Of a DNA stretch of 64,000 nucleotides, positions 37,690 through 50,504 are shown piece by piece; within the stretch, counting starts at the first letter, position 1; each line of letters opens with the position of its first letter. Source of the DNA: the human T2T-CHM13v2.0 reference genome, Homo sapiens; NCBI RefSeq assembly GCF_009914755.1, contig NC_060931.1. One strand, written 5' to 3'. A program made the position numbers and the translations under genes. The notes below the pieces were generated by a model. It saw only the letters and a list, made by a program, of their open reading frames with translations, had not been told where the DNA came from and searched no databases.

Positions 37690-38500
37690 TTCCCTTCTAC
37701 CCTCTCCCCAAGACTTGCAGCCCCCAGGTTCCTACAGGAGGCACCCACTATTTCTAGTTTCTTGGGTCTCCTTCCAGTAATCAGTGTGTGCAGGCAACTA
37801 AAATGTCATTTCATTAACTCCTTTTTGACACAGTGTAAAAAAAAAAAAAAAAAAAAAGGTGCCATATACACTGTCCGGCCCCTTTTGCTTTTTCACACTA
37901 AAGAACATCTGCAGATGGACTCCAATCAGTCCACCTTTATCCGGCTGGATGTGCCATGATGATTTAAGCACTGCACTGTCAGCGGGCACTTAGGATCCTT
38001 CCAATCTGCTGCTATTACAAAGAGTGCTTCGGCGAATAACCTTGTACAAAGCAATATATCATTTTTCACATTTGGGAGGAGTATCTGGAGGACAGATTCC
38101 TAGAAGCAAATGCTGGGCCAAAGGGTGTGTACATTTGGAATTTTGACATTGTTTCAGAGGTTCCAAGGGTGTCTGCTTCCCCACACTATTGCAACAGGGT
38201 GTGTCCTTAGACTGTTTAATCTGTGCCCATCTGATGAGTGAAAAATCACATCAGTACAGTTTCAGCATGCACTTTTGTCACTAGGAGTGAGCATAGGCAC
38301 TTTCTCATTTGTTTAAACATCCTTTTGATTTCCTTTTCTGTTCATTACCTCTGTCTATTTTTTTTTTTTTTTGGCCTCTTGGCTATTTTTCTTATTGATT
38401 TGTAAGAGCTCTTTATATAGGGGGAACTGGCTCTTTGCCTGAGATAGAAATTGGACACATCATTTAATCTATGGCTTCGGGGTTTTATGGGCATTTGTTG
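37690..38500 (-). mobile_element. Very old L1 (L1ME-like) fragment
   Basis: TTCCAATCTGCTGCTATTACAAA, GATTCCTAGAAG..TGCTGGGCCAAAGGG, TTGATTTGTAAGAGCTCTTTATA. Confidence 0.65.
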
Positions 38501-39099
38501 TTCTTGCTGTGAAGTTCTGGGGACAGGAAGAGATTGTCACCATTCTTCTCTGGTTACCATTTCCTTAGGATGGGTCCGGGGGTCGGGGGGAATTCTCTCC
38601 CCGCTCCTTCGCGGTTAATCCCAGCTGCTCTATCCCTCCCCTGCTTCCCCCAAACACACTCAGGCAACTGGGTCATTCACTTCCAGCCAGGCCATCCTCA
38701 GCAGAGAGAGGGCGCAGGAACCACCTGCAGGGGGGCAAAGGTATCAAAGCCACCAGATGAGTCCTCACTTATCCTGGAAGTGGGTGTGGTCATGTGGGGC
38801 TGGAGTGGGGCACTGAGGCCTGGAGGTGAGTCAGTCTGTCCTGCTCTCTCAAGCTCACACTCTGTTGGATGAAACTGACACATCAAGTCAGGGCGTCCAG
38901 GGACACAGGCTCAGGGCAGTGGCAGGGTGGAGGGGAGGGGGTGTGCTTCCAACCACCTAAGGAAAGCCCTGAGGCCCCACAGCCCCAGGCCCCTACGGCT
39001 CTTACTGACCAGCCTCTTCCCCAAAGGGTAGCTGGGTGGGTCATGAGATGGTGGTTGATTTGTTTCCATAAAAATGAGAATCTTACTGGCAGTTTAGCT

Positions 39100-39318
<219 letters not shown>

Positions 39319-40139
39319 CCGTTTTCTTCTGAACGAGGACGTTTTGTACATCAGAAGGACCTGCTAAGCCCTGGATCTAGCAACGGTGCCCAGGTGGGTG
39401 GGGGTGCACCCACCATCCCTAGCTCTGTCCTAGGTCCTGGCCCAGCTGACTCATCTCTGGAAAGACAGGCTGTCTGATGGACCGGGCCATCACTGCTGCG
39501 TCTGGGCTGCTGCCGGGCAGTGGCAGCACCTCAGAAAGGAGGCCTGAGCGAGCACGTGTGTGTGGAGCGACTGTGCGTGAACGCATGTGCATATGCAGAT
39601 GGGAACATGCTTAGTACAGCTGCCTTCAAGTTTGACCATCTGGATTCAAACCCTGGCTTGGCCATTTCCAGTTTATGGTGACCCTGGCCAAGGTACTTGA
39701 TCTCTGGACCCCTCGATGTTACCCTCTGGGAACTGGAGATCTTCACAGCTGGTTCACTTCTAGGGTTGCTGTGAGGACTAAATGACTTCATGCCAGCCAC
39801 CAGCCATTAGGAACCTCCATCACAGGAAGGATCGTCATAGTGCCACACCAGTGTGCGTGCCTGCGTGTGAGGGTTACACTGGGTGGGGCGGGGTGTGTGC
39901 GATTCGGGGGTGTGTGAAGCAGGATGCCTTTGCAACTCTCTGCACAACCACAGTGTGAGCTATGGGGTGGGGGGGGGTTCCAGCCTTCCTGTCCCAGTGA
40001 GGCTGCGGCATCTTCCTGTGGGACACCGGCTTGCGGCGGGGAGCTGGGGTGGGTATCCACACGCATCTTCCCTGGATGTGCTGTAAGGTGTCTACACCAC
40101 ACAGGCTGCCTCTGGGTACCTCTGTCTGCTGGGGGAGGG

Positions 40140-40350
40140 GGATCAGGAGGAGATGAATGTCAGAGAGAAAGAGACCAAGACGGAGAAAGAAAAGGAGAGA
40201 GGAGAGGCGGAAAGGGAGAGGGGAGAAGAGGAGGAAGAGGAAGAGGGAAAGAGACAGAAAAGGAGGGTGGAGGGAGAGAGAGAGAGGAAGAGGGAGAGAG
40301 AGAACAAACATATTCTCTGACAGAGGCAAACAGAGGCGGGGAGAGAGAGC
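40140..40350 (+). repeat. GA-rich polypurine low-complexity tract
   Basis: Near-pure A/G run upstream of the CpG island. Confidence 0.9.
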
Positions 40351-40639
40351 TCCAGAAGAGGCCAGAGACAGCCAGCCTTCCTCCCACCTCCTCTCTTCGG
40401 GTCTGTCCTGGGGTGGCCCATTCCCAGCCTGAGGGGGGACAGCAGCCCGAGGCCAGCCAGGCCCCGCGGGGGCCCTGCCTTCTCACGGGACAGGAGGGCA
40501 TATTTCAGCATTGGAAGGCGCTGCAGAGGGAGTCAGTCAGGGCTGAAATTCCTCAGCGCCCTGGAAGGTCCGCGGGACAGCTCCCTTCTCCCAGCTTCCT
40601 CCAAGGAGCCAGGTCCGGGACTCTCCAGGCCCCTCGAGT

Positions 40640-43600
40640 AGGGGAGGGGGGAAGTGAGAGAAAGGGGCTGTGTGCGCACCTAGGCCACTGCGCGCTTCAG
40701 AGCAGCCGGGACCCTCCCTGAGGGACCAGGAAGAGACCCCCCCCCAGGCCGGGCTCGGCCCGCTCTGTCTCCCTGTTCCCTGGAGGTCTGGGCGCCCCCG
40801 CGCAGGGACTAAGGGCTGGACAGCCGCAGGCAGGGGCTCCGTCCTTGGCCTCCACCCTTCGTGTCCAGCAATCCCGGGAGCAGGCGGCGGCACTTCCTCC
40901 ATGCCCCGGCCTCAATCACGGTCTCAGTCCCCCCAACCCCGTCCTGCAGGAACAAGTGTGGTAGAGGCTCGGGGTCGGAGGGCGGGCGGCCGTCCCGCGG
41001 GCTGGACGGAGTTTCTGGGCTGCGGAGAGGCCGTTGGACCCACGTCCGGACAGGAGCCCCGCGCGCCCATCCCCGGCCCGGCCATCCTCGGGGCGCGCTG
41101 TCTGCGGCCTCCCGCGCCACCCCCACCCCTGTCCCGGGACCTCCTCCGGGAAAGACACCCGGGGAGCAGCCCCCTCCCCTCCAGCAGTCCCCTCCCCTCC
41201 CCTCTCCCTGCCCTCTTGACGGTGTGGGGCTCCCCGGCCGGAGGGGCGCGGCGCTGGCAGCGGGGTCCAGAGTGTCGCGCCCAGCGCGCGCTGGGGGTCC
41301 CGGGCTCCGCAGCTCCGCACGCGGCCGGTTTGTGAAGCGGCGCGCGGGGGCTTAGCCGGGCGAGGGCGCTCTTGAGCCTGGTTTGGAATTTTTAGCCCAC
41401 ACGAAAGCCGCAGGCTGGGGAAGGGGCGGGTGGGAGCGGGAGACGCCCTGGGAAGCCGTGAGACCGCTCGGCGAGGGCTCGGGACCACCAGGGAGCGACG
41501 GGGGACCCCTCGGCTCAGAGCCCGAGGGCGCGATTTCGGATCCGCTGGGATTCCGGAGGCGCATGAAGGGAGAGGGAAATCCGCTAAACCGAACCTTCCG
41601 GGAATCGGAAGGCGCCGGGCCGCTCCCACGCCTCCCCCTCCTCCCGGCCGAAAGGCGGGGGGCGACGCGCAACGGGGAGGGAAGGGAGGGAGGGGTCGGC
41701 GACCTTAGGGGAGGGCGAGTCCCTGGGGACGCGGGGCCGCCAGGGGCCCGACGACCCTCTCGCTCCACCTCCCCGCCCCCAAGTGCCCCGCTCTCCCCCC
41801 GCCCCGCAAACGCGCGTCCTGCGGGCTGTGCTTTGGCCCTCGCGGACGCGCGCGCTCACAGAGGGTCTGACTTGGGGTCAACTTCCACGAGGTTGCCGGG
41901 CGCCTGTGAGCACAGCCGTGTCCCCACCCAGGGGCCCACCTCCCAGCGCCACCAGGGTCCCGACCCCCAGACCTTCGGACGCTTCTCTTCCAAACCGAAG
42001 CCTGGGAGCCTCTGGGTGGCCTGGGGCGGGGGCAGGGGGCGAGCGGGGCGGGCCAGGAGGAGGGGGCGAGGCCGCCACTCGGCTTCCCACGCCGCCCCCG
42101 CGGCTGGCTCCAACTTCCCCTCCGGAGCCCCCCTCCGGCCACCCCCCAGCCCACCGACGTGCGGGCAGCGACCCCGCCCCCCGCCCCTCCGGTCGCCCCC
42201 GCCGCGGCCCCCGCCCCCTCCCCATCCCTCCCCGCGCGCTCTCCCACATGAAACCTTCCATCACGCTCAGAAAGAATGTGCTACAACCTCGGCGCTGCCG
42301 CGGCCGCCACCACTGCGCCCGCGCCCGAGCCCGAGTCGGAGCCGGAGCCGCCGCTCCCCCGCCTGCCCGGCCAGCCCCGGGCTCCGAGCGCGCGGTCCCC
42401 GCCGCCGCCGCCCCGCGCTCGCCCCGCGCTTGACGCAGTGAGCGCCGCAGCCTGGCTCCCGCCGGCTCCGCTGGGCTCCGGGTCGCAGGCCGAGTCCAGC
42501 CGGGCGGGCTCCGGGAGGGGCCGGCAGGGCGGGAGGGGGAGGAGGGCTGTCTGGAGCCAGCGAGCCCGGAGGAGGAAGAGGAGGAGGAAGGAGGGGAAGC
42601 CGCCGCCGCCGCCGCCGCGCTCGGGGAACCGGGGTGCGCGCGCTCTGCTCGCCCGCGACAGTGCCTCCAGCCCGGGGCCCGCACCCCGGCCCAGGTAAGA
42701 AGGGGCCTGAGGGGCAGGGGGCTGTCCGGGGCCGGGGGACCCCTCTGTCGCCGCTGCGGGATCGGAGGGTCCCCGCCCCTAGGGGAGGCAGGGAAGAGGA
42801 TGCTCTCTGGGGGGGGCGGCGGGGGGCAGCGCAGGGTCCCCAGCGGCTCTCGCAGCCCGGGCCACCCCATCCCTGGTGCCCTGACCTCGGCGTCCGCGCC
42901 AGGGCCGAGTCTCCCCGCCCGCGGGGCTCTGGATGCGGCGCTCGGGGCCCGCGGCTCCCGGGCGTCCCCATCCACCCACCCAGGTTCGGAGGCGGGCGCA
43001 CCCGAAGTTAGCGGCCGCCGAGCCTGGGCCGGACAAACTTCCCTCCCCGACGCCGCGGCTGGAAGGGCCAGGACTCCGGACCCCTAGGGCTAGGGAGGCG
43101 CCGCGGGGACCCCGAAACTTTCCGGAGCGCGCTGAGAGCAAAAAGCCGGCTGGGCAGAAAGAGGGGGAGGGGGCTGGGCGCGCCTTCGAGTGCGCTGGGG
43201 TAGCCGCGGCGCCCCAAGTTGAACCACAGACGAACCCCTCTTCATCTGAAACCTGGTCTCGGAGTCGGAGGTGGGGAGGGAGTGGGCTGTGGGTGCCTCG
43301 ACTTCGCAAAGCCGGCGTGGGGGGGCGCAGCGCCCCGCCCCGCGCCGCTTGAACCTCCGGAGGGGGTGTTACGGGACCCCCGCCCCCACCCCAGCCGGTG
43401 GCTGGGCTCTGCCGACCGCTGCGGAGCTCCCGGGAAGGACCCGCTCGCGGCTATTAATAGGCGTCGGTGACCCTAGCCTCTCCCGGTCCGGGAAGCTGGC
43501 GCGGCGGGGCTGGGCTGGGCTGGGCTGCCGAGTGGGGCGGGACCCCGGGGCCCAGAGCGGACCCCCAGCTCTCCTGGTCCCTCTTCCGCCGCTCTTCCCT

Positions 43601-44660
43601 CCCTGCCGCCTGCTTTCCTCCCATTTTCCCTCTTCGATCTCGGGGTGTCGGCCCCCCCCCGAACTTTTTCTCTTCCCAAACTGCACGGTGGCCACCCGGT
43701 CACGGCCCTGGGCCGTACCCGCGCAATCTCAGCACCATTCCCGACCGAGTCCTCCGCCGCGGGCTGAGCGCGAGTCCCCGGGGCCAGGCTGCCCAGGGAG
43801 GAGCAGGGACTTCCTACAATCCGCGCCCTTCCTCCCAACCCACGGCGAGCGCAACACATTCGCCCGCCCCTGCGGCCCCATCTGAGGGCGGGGAGAGGTC
43901 GCTGGGGGCAGCTTCGGGGGTTGTGGAGGGCAGGGGGGACCCGCGAAGCTCCTGGAGCGTTTAGGGATGCAGCTCGGGCGGCGTGTGCAGGGAGGAAGCA
44001 GCGTCCCGGCGTCCCCCCTTCAGCGTCGCCTTCGCGCGCCTCGAGGGCCCAGGAGGGTTCGGTCTCCCCCACCCCACCTGGACACTCAGGTCTGAGCCTG
44101 AGTGGATTTGAGGATCTGGGGGACGGGGAATACGGAGTCCTTCTTCCTGCCTCGGTGTCTGCAGAGCCCAGCCCTCAGGCAGCGTGGGGATCTTTGTCCC
44201 CAGGGCCAGCGCCGGCCCCGCCCCCCGCCCCGTTAACTCCGGGACTCCGCCGCCCTCCAGGTTCCAACCTCCCAGCTTCACCGCCGCGTCCTCTCCCCGG
44301 TTCTGGGTCTGGGGGAGGGGCAGGGGGCGTGGAGCGCGGCGTTGGGCCCCGGACAGATGTCCTCGCGGCGGCGGCGCCGGCGTCCGGGTAACAGCAGGCC
44401 GCCAATCGGCGCGGCCACGGGGGAGGGGCGACCCGGCCGGGACTCCGGGGACTCGGTCGCAGCCGGACGGCGCAGCCTCCGCTCGGGGTGGGGGGGGGGG
44501 GGCGGCCGCGAGGACTCGACCCCTGCCGTGCAGCCCGGCCTCCAGTCCTCTGCCGTCCCCTCCCCCAGCTCCAGGTTTCGCTCTCTGCTGGGGTCCTGGC
44601 TCCTCAGGTTGCGGGATCTCGCCTCCCACGGCCCCGCGCGCGTACCCCTACCCGCCCCTC
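40640..44660. promoter_or_regulatory. CpG island / distal promoter P1
   Basis: Very high GC and CpG density, free of repeats, multiple GC boxes (CCCGCCCC), CCAAT at ~44402; contains first exon 1a. Confidence 0.92.
42290..42694 (+). other. ELFN1: Non-coding alternative first exon 1a (5' end uncertain); gene probably ELFN1
   Basis: Strong donor CAG|GTAAGA (GT at 42695), no ATG in the interval, GCC/GAG-rich 5'UTR-like sequence inside a CpG island. Gene name is recalled from the locus architecture, not verified. Confidence 0.6.
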
Positions 44661-45789
44661 AAGTTGACCTCTGAGGTTCTCCGTGGATCTCAGACCCCGA
44701 GTGACCGCAGAACTGACCTCTGGGGTCAGGCAGTACCGGTCAAGGGCGCTCTGAAGAGGCCCTCGGCCTCAGTTTGCACCCCGAGGAAATGGACTCATCA
44801 TGCCTGCTCCTGGGAAGTAGCAGGACGTCCTGGCGCGGCTCCTCCGGGCAGGCGCCCAGCACAGCACAGGGCACACGGGGGACACCTGCGAAGGCAAAGG
44901 AGGCTCATTCCAGAGCTTCGGCTGCACTTGGCCAGCACAGGCCTGGGGGAACCTGCTGGAAATGGGGAGCCAGTACCTCTCTTGGGGTTTATGTTTGGCA
45001 GGCGGAGTGGATAGGCTGGGGCCCGGAGCCCGGTGGTCATCTTCTGCACAAGGCTGGCCAGGCCAGAAGCTGGAGGGTAGCTTATTGGGACCTTCCAAGC
45101 GTGACCAAGGAAGCTCTGGGGGCCGACCAGCTTCTCCCTAGTGGAGCTGCAGCTGGGGAGACCTCACAGACAGGCAGGGAGGAGAGGGTGCCCCGCTCAC
45201 CGCCGGCCTCGTTCCACAGGCCCAGGCCTGGCACATCCCAGGCTTGCAGTATCTATCTGGTGGGTAAACAAGGACCTGCTCTTGGCCTGCGGCCTGGCTC
45301 TGACCGTGGTCCAGGTCGGGGCAGAGGGAGAAAGGCCACAGCTTAGGTGTTCCAAACCACCGGTGCCCTTCCTGCCGGCCCCTGGGGCTGTGCTGGGTTT
45401 CCAGGGCCCCTGCCCCCCAGTATTTGCATGAAATCGTGGGGGCGCACTGGCTTTCGTCCTAGCACTCCCCTTCAAGGCTCTGCACCCCTATCACGGGAGC
45501 CCCACCCAGCCAGCCGAAGGAGGCCACAAGCTCTAAATTACTAAATTCGGGCCAGTGCTGGGGGCCTGGGAGCCAAGGCAGCTCAGAGCCCACTCTCCGA
45601 TTCTGGCTCCTGGAGAACCCTAGGACCCGGGCGTGTCAGGCCCTGCAGCCGGGCTAGGCCGGTCCATACAGGACTGAACGGCGTCGTGGGCGTTCATTCA
45701 CATTCCCTCTCCGGTCCCCACACACTATAGGATTTATCTTGATTTGCTGCCTTTGAATTGAGTCAACTCTTTTGTATGCTCGTTGAATT

Positions 45790-47500
45790 GCCCAGCTGCT
45801 GGCGGCGAGCGGAGAGCGTGCCGGGGGTACTGAGGCCGGGAACCAGAGGCGGGCGGGGGACAGGAAGCGGGGAGGGGGCGCCGGCGGGGACGCGCGGGCT
45901 GCGCGGGGACTGGAGAGGGTCCCCAGGCGCCGGCCGTTCTGCGAACGCGGGCTTGTCCAGGCACCGCCGGGGCCTGCCCGGCCCGAGCGTGGAGTCCCGA
46001 GGCTCCTGCCGGGGGTCCAGGCTGCCCCTGGGGCTCTGCCTTCGACGCGCTGTGTAGGGCCAGATTCTGGGCCTCTCTTGACTCAGTTTCCCTTCCTGTA
46101 ACATGCGGACGGGGGCTTCCGCACAGGCAGGTTGTCAGGGTGAAACTGAGCCGAAGAGTGCTCCAGAACCCCCTGAAGTCCTCACAGAGGTTGGGGTGAA
46201 TGAAGGAAGGAAGCGGGGCCAGGGCTGGGCAGAGGAGGCCCGGCCTGCGCCCTGCGTTCTCCGCCCCTAGGTCCCAGCCCTCCCGGATAAGGGGCGGACC
46301 GACGGGAGGACCTGAGAACGCCTTGGCTTTGCTTGAGGTGGTGGGAGTCGCGGGTAGCTTGTTCAGCCAACAGCTGTCGCCCCCACTCCCCCCACCCACC
46401 CACCCACCCACCCCCTCCACCTTTTAGATGTGGGCGGGGAGGGCCGGGGACGGACCGCGAGGACGCCCCCTGCGCTTTCTAGGACCTCCCCTCCTCCCCC
46501 AGCCCCTGCGCGTCGCCGGGAGAGGGAAGGAGCGGGTTGCCGCGGGGAGCCGAGGAGAGCAGGGGGCTCGGGAGGCCAGGGAGAGAAGGGGAGGGCCAGA
46601 GGCTCCGAGCCGGACTCGCGGCGGAGGAAGAGGGGGTGGAAGGGAGCGCGCAGGCGGGCGAGGGAGCGAGGGAGGGAGAGAAGGAGGGAGGGAGGGAGGG
46701 AAGGGGGGCGGGAGGGGGCAGGGCGAGCTTGAATTCCCCCCCGGCCGCGCGGCGAGGGGCGGGGCCGCGCGCGCAGATCGATGGGCGAAGCTGGGGAGGA
46801 ATTTCAATCCCGGGAGCGAAGTTAGAGCTTGAAGGACGGCGGCGGCTGCGGGCGCAGCCCCGGAACCGAGGCCGGGCGGGCAGGTAAGCGGCGAGCGCGG
46901 CCGGGCGCTGAACCTGGGGGACTTGGGACCCGGACCACCCCCGGGGAGCGGCGCGGCCAAGCCCCCCGCCACCTCGAACCCCGGGCGTCCCCGAGTGCGC
47001 AGCGTGCGCCCCCAGCCCCTGCTGCGCCCCCAGGCCTGGCGCGCGATCCGAGCGCAGCGGGCAAAGTTGGAGGAACTTGGCGGCGGCGGAGCGGGCGCAG
47101 GCTCAGCCCGACAAAGCCCGGGGGCCCGGGTCGGGGTCGCTGCCGCAGCCCGCACGCTGCCCCGTGCCTCCGAGAGGTCCCTTCCCCAGCGCCTCTCTCC
47201 CTTCCGTCCCCCTTCGCCGTCCGCACCCTGCCCGGCGCCCCCCAGACGCGGCCCCCTGCCCTTCCCTTCCCGGAAATTAGGGGGCTGTCCTCACCTCCTG
47301 GCCGAGTCGCTGACCCCTCCCCAGGCTCGCATCGCCCTCCCTGCTGGGCCGCCCTCCCCCCGACGCTGCGAGCCTCCTCGCTCCGCGCGGGGACCGTCCA
47401 GTCACGCACGGGGAGGGGTCACATTCCTCGGTCCCAGCCCCTGAGTCCAACCACTGGCGGGGGGGTGGGGTGGGGGGCTTCGCTCCGAACTGAACTTACT
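45790..47500. promoter_or_regulatory. CpG island / proximal promoter P2
   Basis: CpG-dense, with a (GGGA)n purine tract and GC boxes at 46600-46770; contains first exon 1b. Confidence 0.9.
46806..46883 (+). other. ELFN1: Non-coding first exon 1b; gene probably ELFN1
   Basis: Initiator-like TTC|AAT at 46803-46808 downstream of GC boxes; donor CAG|GTAAGC (GT at 46884); no ATG. Gene name recalled, not verified. Confidence 0.65.
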
Positions 47501-50500
47501 GGGTGCTTTCCACCCCTCGCCCCACCTGGAGTCCATCCTCGTCCTCGTCCCTCTGGGGGCTGGGAGGAGGCTGCCAAGCCTCCGTGCCCCAACCTGCCTC
47601 TAAAGACAAGCGCCCCCATTTCCATCCTTTGAAACCTGCAGGTCACCTGCTTGATGCTGAGGGTGGGGCGGGGGGCACTGCCTGCCGTACCGCACACCGC
47701 CCCCCCCCCCATAAAAACGACACCCTCTGAGATGAAAATCCGGCTTTTCCAGGTCTCAGCTGTGTGACCTTGGGGCAGGTGAATCTCAGAGCCTCAGTTT
47801 CCACACCTGTGAAATGGGGCTAGGATGATCATGCCTTCTGAAAAAAACGAAGGCTTAGCAGAAAGGGTCGAGGCCGGCCGAGCCAGGTGTGCACGTCCTC
47901 AAAAAGCCTCCGTGCCAGCACTTTCCCTTCCTGCACACCCGGAGTGGGGCCTCTTTGGACCCTGGCTTGGGCTGGCTGCCTCTGCCGCTCATTCCCTCGA
48001 TTGGGCTAAGGGCTGTGCGGAGAGCCTGGGGACAGAAGCTGTGGAGGGACCGGGAGCCAGGAGCAGATGTAAATGGCAAATCTCCCCATATTGCCTCTCT
48101 CAGGGGCTGCCCCCTAGAGAGGCCCCCAGCCTCCAAAGAGGTCCAGCTTGCACCCAGCCTTGGGGGAAACCCCATTGGGTTGGGCATAGGTTGCTTGAAA
48201 AGCATCAACATGCTCCTCTTCTCTGCCTGGCTGGCCCCCTGGCCTCCTGCCCCCTGGGTCCCTGCCCCTGCCACCTTTTAATTGAACAAGCATTGAGAAG
48301 ACTGGCTTACAGGTCCCAGCCCAGGTTTGCGCCCCACTCCACCAAAGCAGGGGGACAAACTCCAGGGGGCCGTGTGTGGGAGGGGGTCACCCCCTCACCT
48401 GGATTTGAGGGGGTTTGGAGCCCAGCCAGGACCCCAGCACTTGGGTCCCTCATTTTCCTGGGCATACGGTGGTCAGGGAGTTCTGATCCCCACCCCTAGT
48501 GGGCAGAAGACCTGGGGGTCTCCAAGTCAGAGATTGGGGGCCATGCCCCTCCCCCTGTCCTACAGCCAGCTGTGCAGCCCCCTCCTCCTCGGCCGCAGCA
48601 GGACTGCTGTGTGCGTATAATTCAGGATGATACAGCAGGCTCGGCAGGCAGCTCCCGACTCCCAGAAAAGCCAGTGGGCACCTGAACCAGAGCCACACTC
48701 CTGAGGCCTGGTAAGTCTGGGGTAAGGGTGCAGGGATGTGGTGGGCACCTGCACCCAGGACCAGAGGAGGGGAGGGAGGGCGGCGTCCCTTCCCCACCAT
48801 GCCCCAGGACTGCCACTGGAAAGCACTGATTTTTCAAAGTGTCTTTGGAGGCAGGCTCCCCACACCTGGGCCAGGGAGAGGCTGCTGCTCCTCCACCTCC
48901 CTACCACGGTCCCCACCAAGAAACAGGTGTCCGGGGTCCCAGCAAGCGCCCAGGGCCAGAGCCTGGAGTAGTTGCCTGTCTCGGACCCCGGCATTTGAAT
49001 ATTTTCACCCTAAATGTATACTTGTAGGCTTCACCTGCTCTCCAGGAGAGAAAAATTAATGGGACTAAAATATGACCACAGTGCCTGAGATCAATGGGGT
49101 AAAATCGGAGTGGCTGCCTGGGTCCCATGTTGGTGACTTTCTCTATCTGTTTCCAACACACACGCATCAGCTCTAGATTTTGATAGAATTTTCTAAGCAC
49201 TCAGGAAAGCCTCCTTCTAAGGTCCCCCTGAGGTCAGAGCCCCCACCCCAGGATCCCTTCCCCCCCGACAAGCCAATTCCCCATTTTGGTAGGGGACTGT
49301 GTTTCTCCGTGCCAGACTCAGACACCATCGCATTGGAGGAAATTTATGAGCAGAGGTGCATGGACTTGGGGTGTTCATATATCTTCACAAGAAAGAAACA
49401 GGCAGGCCCTCGAGATGCCCGGGTGGGTGGTGCATAAATACACGAGGGGGCCGGTGGCGGGGCGGGGGGCAGGATTAAAAATGCAAGTGAGTGACAGGCG
49501 AGAGATAGATAGATCTCCAGGGCTGGGTGATGAGGCCATAAATTTCCAGGCGTGAACCTGGAGCGGATGGTGGCACCGCCGCGGACATTGGATACATTTG
49601 TCATCTCTCCAGCGCCCCCCCCCTCGCTCTTTCCTTTTTGTTTTTGTTGTGGATTTGGTTTCTTCCAGCACAAGCTCAGGTGTCAAGTGGCCTTGGGTGG
49701 GTGTTTGTGGGGGTTGCTGGTGGTGGAGCCACTGCAGTGGACGATGGCGCCATCCATTCCAGCACCAGCTGTACAGATGGGGAGACTGAGGCCCGGATTG
49801 GGGTGGGGCCGGAGAGGGTGGTGGAGGGGTCCTATGTCTGGCGTCTGTGTCCTGTTGTGTTGGTTCAGGTCAGGGGATTCCAGCAGGGTGGGAGGCCTTG
49901 GTCGTTGGGGGCTGCTGCCTCCCTTCACCCCTGTGCACCCTGAGCCAGTCAGTGGCACCGACAGTAAACAGGAAGCAGGGTGGCAGCTATGGGCACTCGA
50001 GCCCAGCACCGTGCCCCCCCTCCCCGCCCCCTGCCCCGGATGTCCCTTTCCCAAGGCTGGTGGATTGAGACCTGGTTCTGTCCCACCTCTTCCAGCCTCC
50101 TGGGGAGGGAGGGCGGGAGGTGAGAGACCACCCTGGGAGCGCTGATGGCAGACAAGGGCCAACTGTGTGCCCTACCTGGAGCCTGGGACAAAGCCCAGAG
50201 GAGCCTGGCTGCCTTGGAGCTGGCATCCCCAGATGGAAAGACAATGGTCTCACAAATAAATGTGCCTCCTTTCCCTCGGAGATCAGCCGGTCCAGCCCCT
50301 GAAGATGGTCCAGCCGGTCCATTTTCCAGAAGGGTCCAGCATCGCCCGAGGTCACACAGCAAGTAAGCTGGAGCTGTGGCTGGACCAGGCCTCCACACCT
50401 GTAGAGCTGTCCTGGGGCAGCTGGGGTCTTGGTCTTGGAGAAGAGCTGGAACCCAGGCTGAGGCAGGAGGGGGTCCAGCAGGGCTTGAGGGACCTTCAGA

Positions 50501-50504
50501 GGGG

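Noticed and set aside
40553-40585. REST/RE1-like half sites (TCAGCGCC ... GGACAGCTCC)
   Set aside because: Spacer of ~14 bp fits neither the canonical 2-bp spacing nor, as far as I recall, the usual non-canonical spacings.
40670-47712. Many 150-365 aa ORFs on both strands of the CpG islands
   Set aside because: Stop-codon depletion in very GC-rich DNA; overlapping in all frames, low complexity, no domains.
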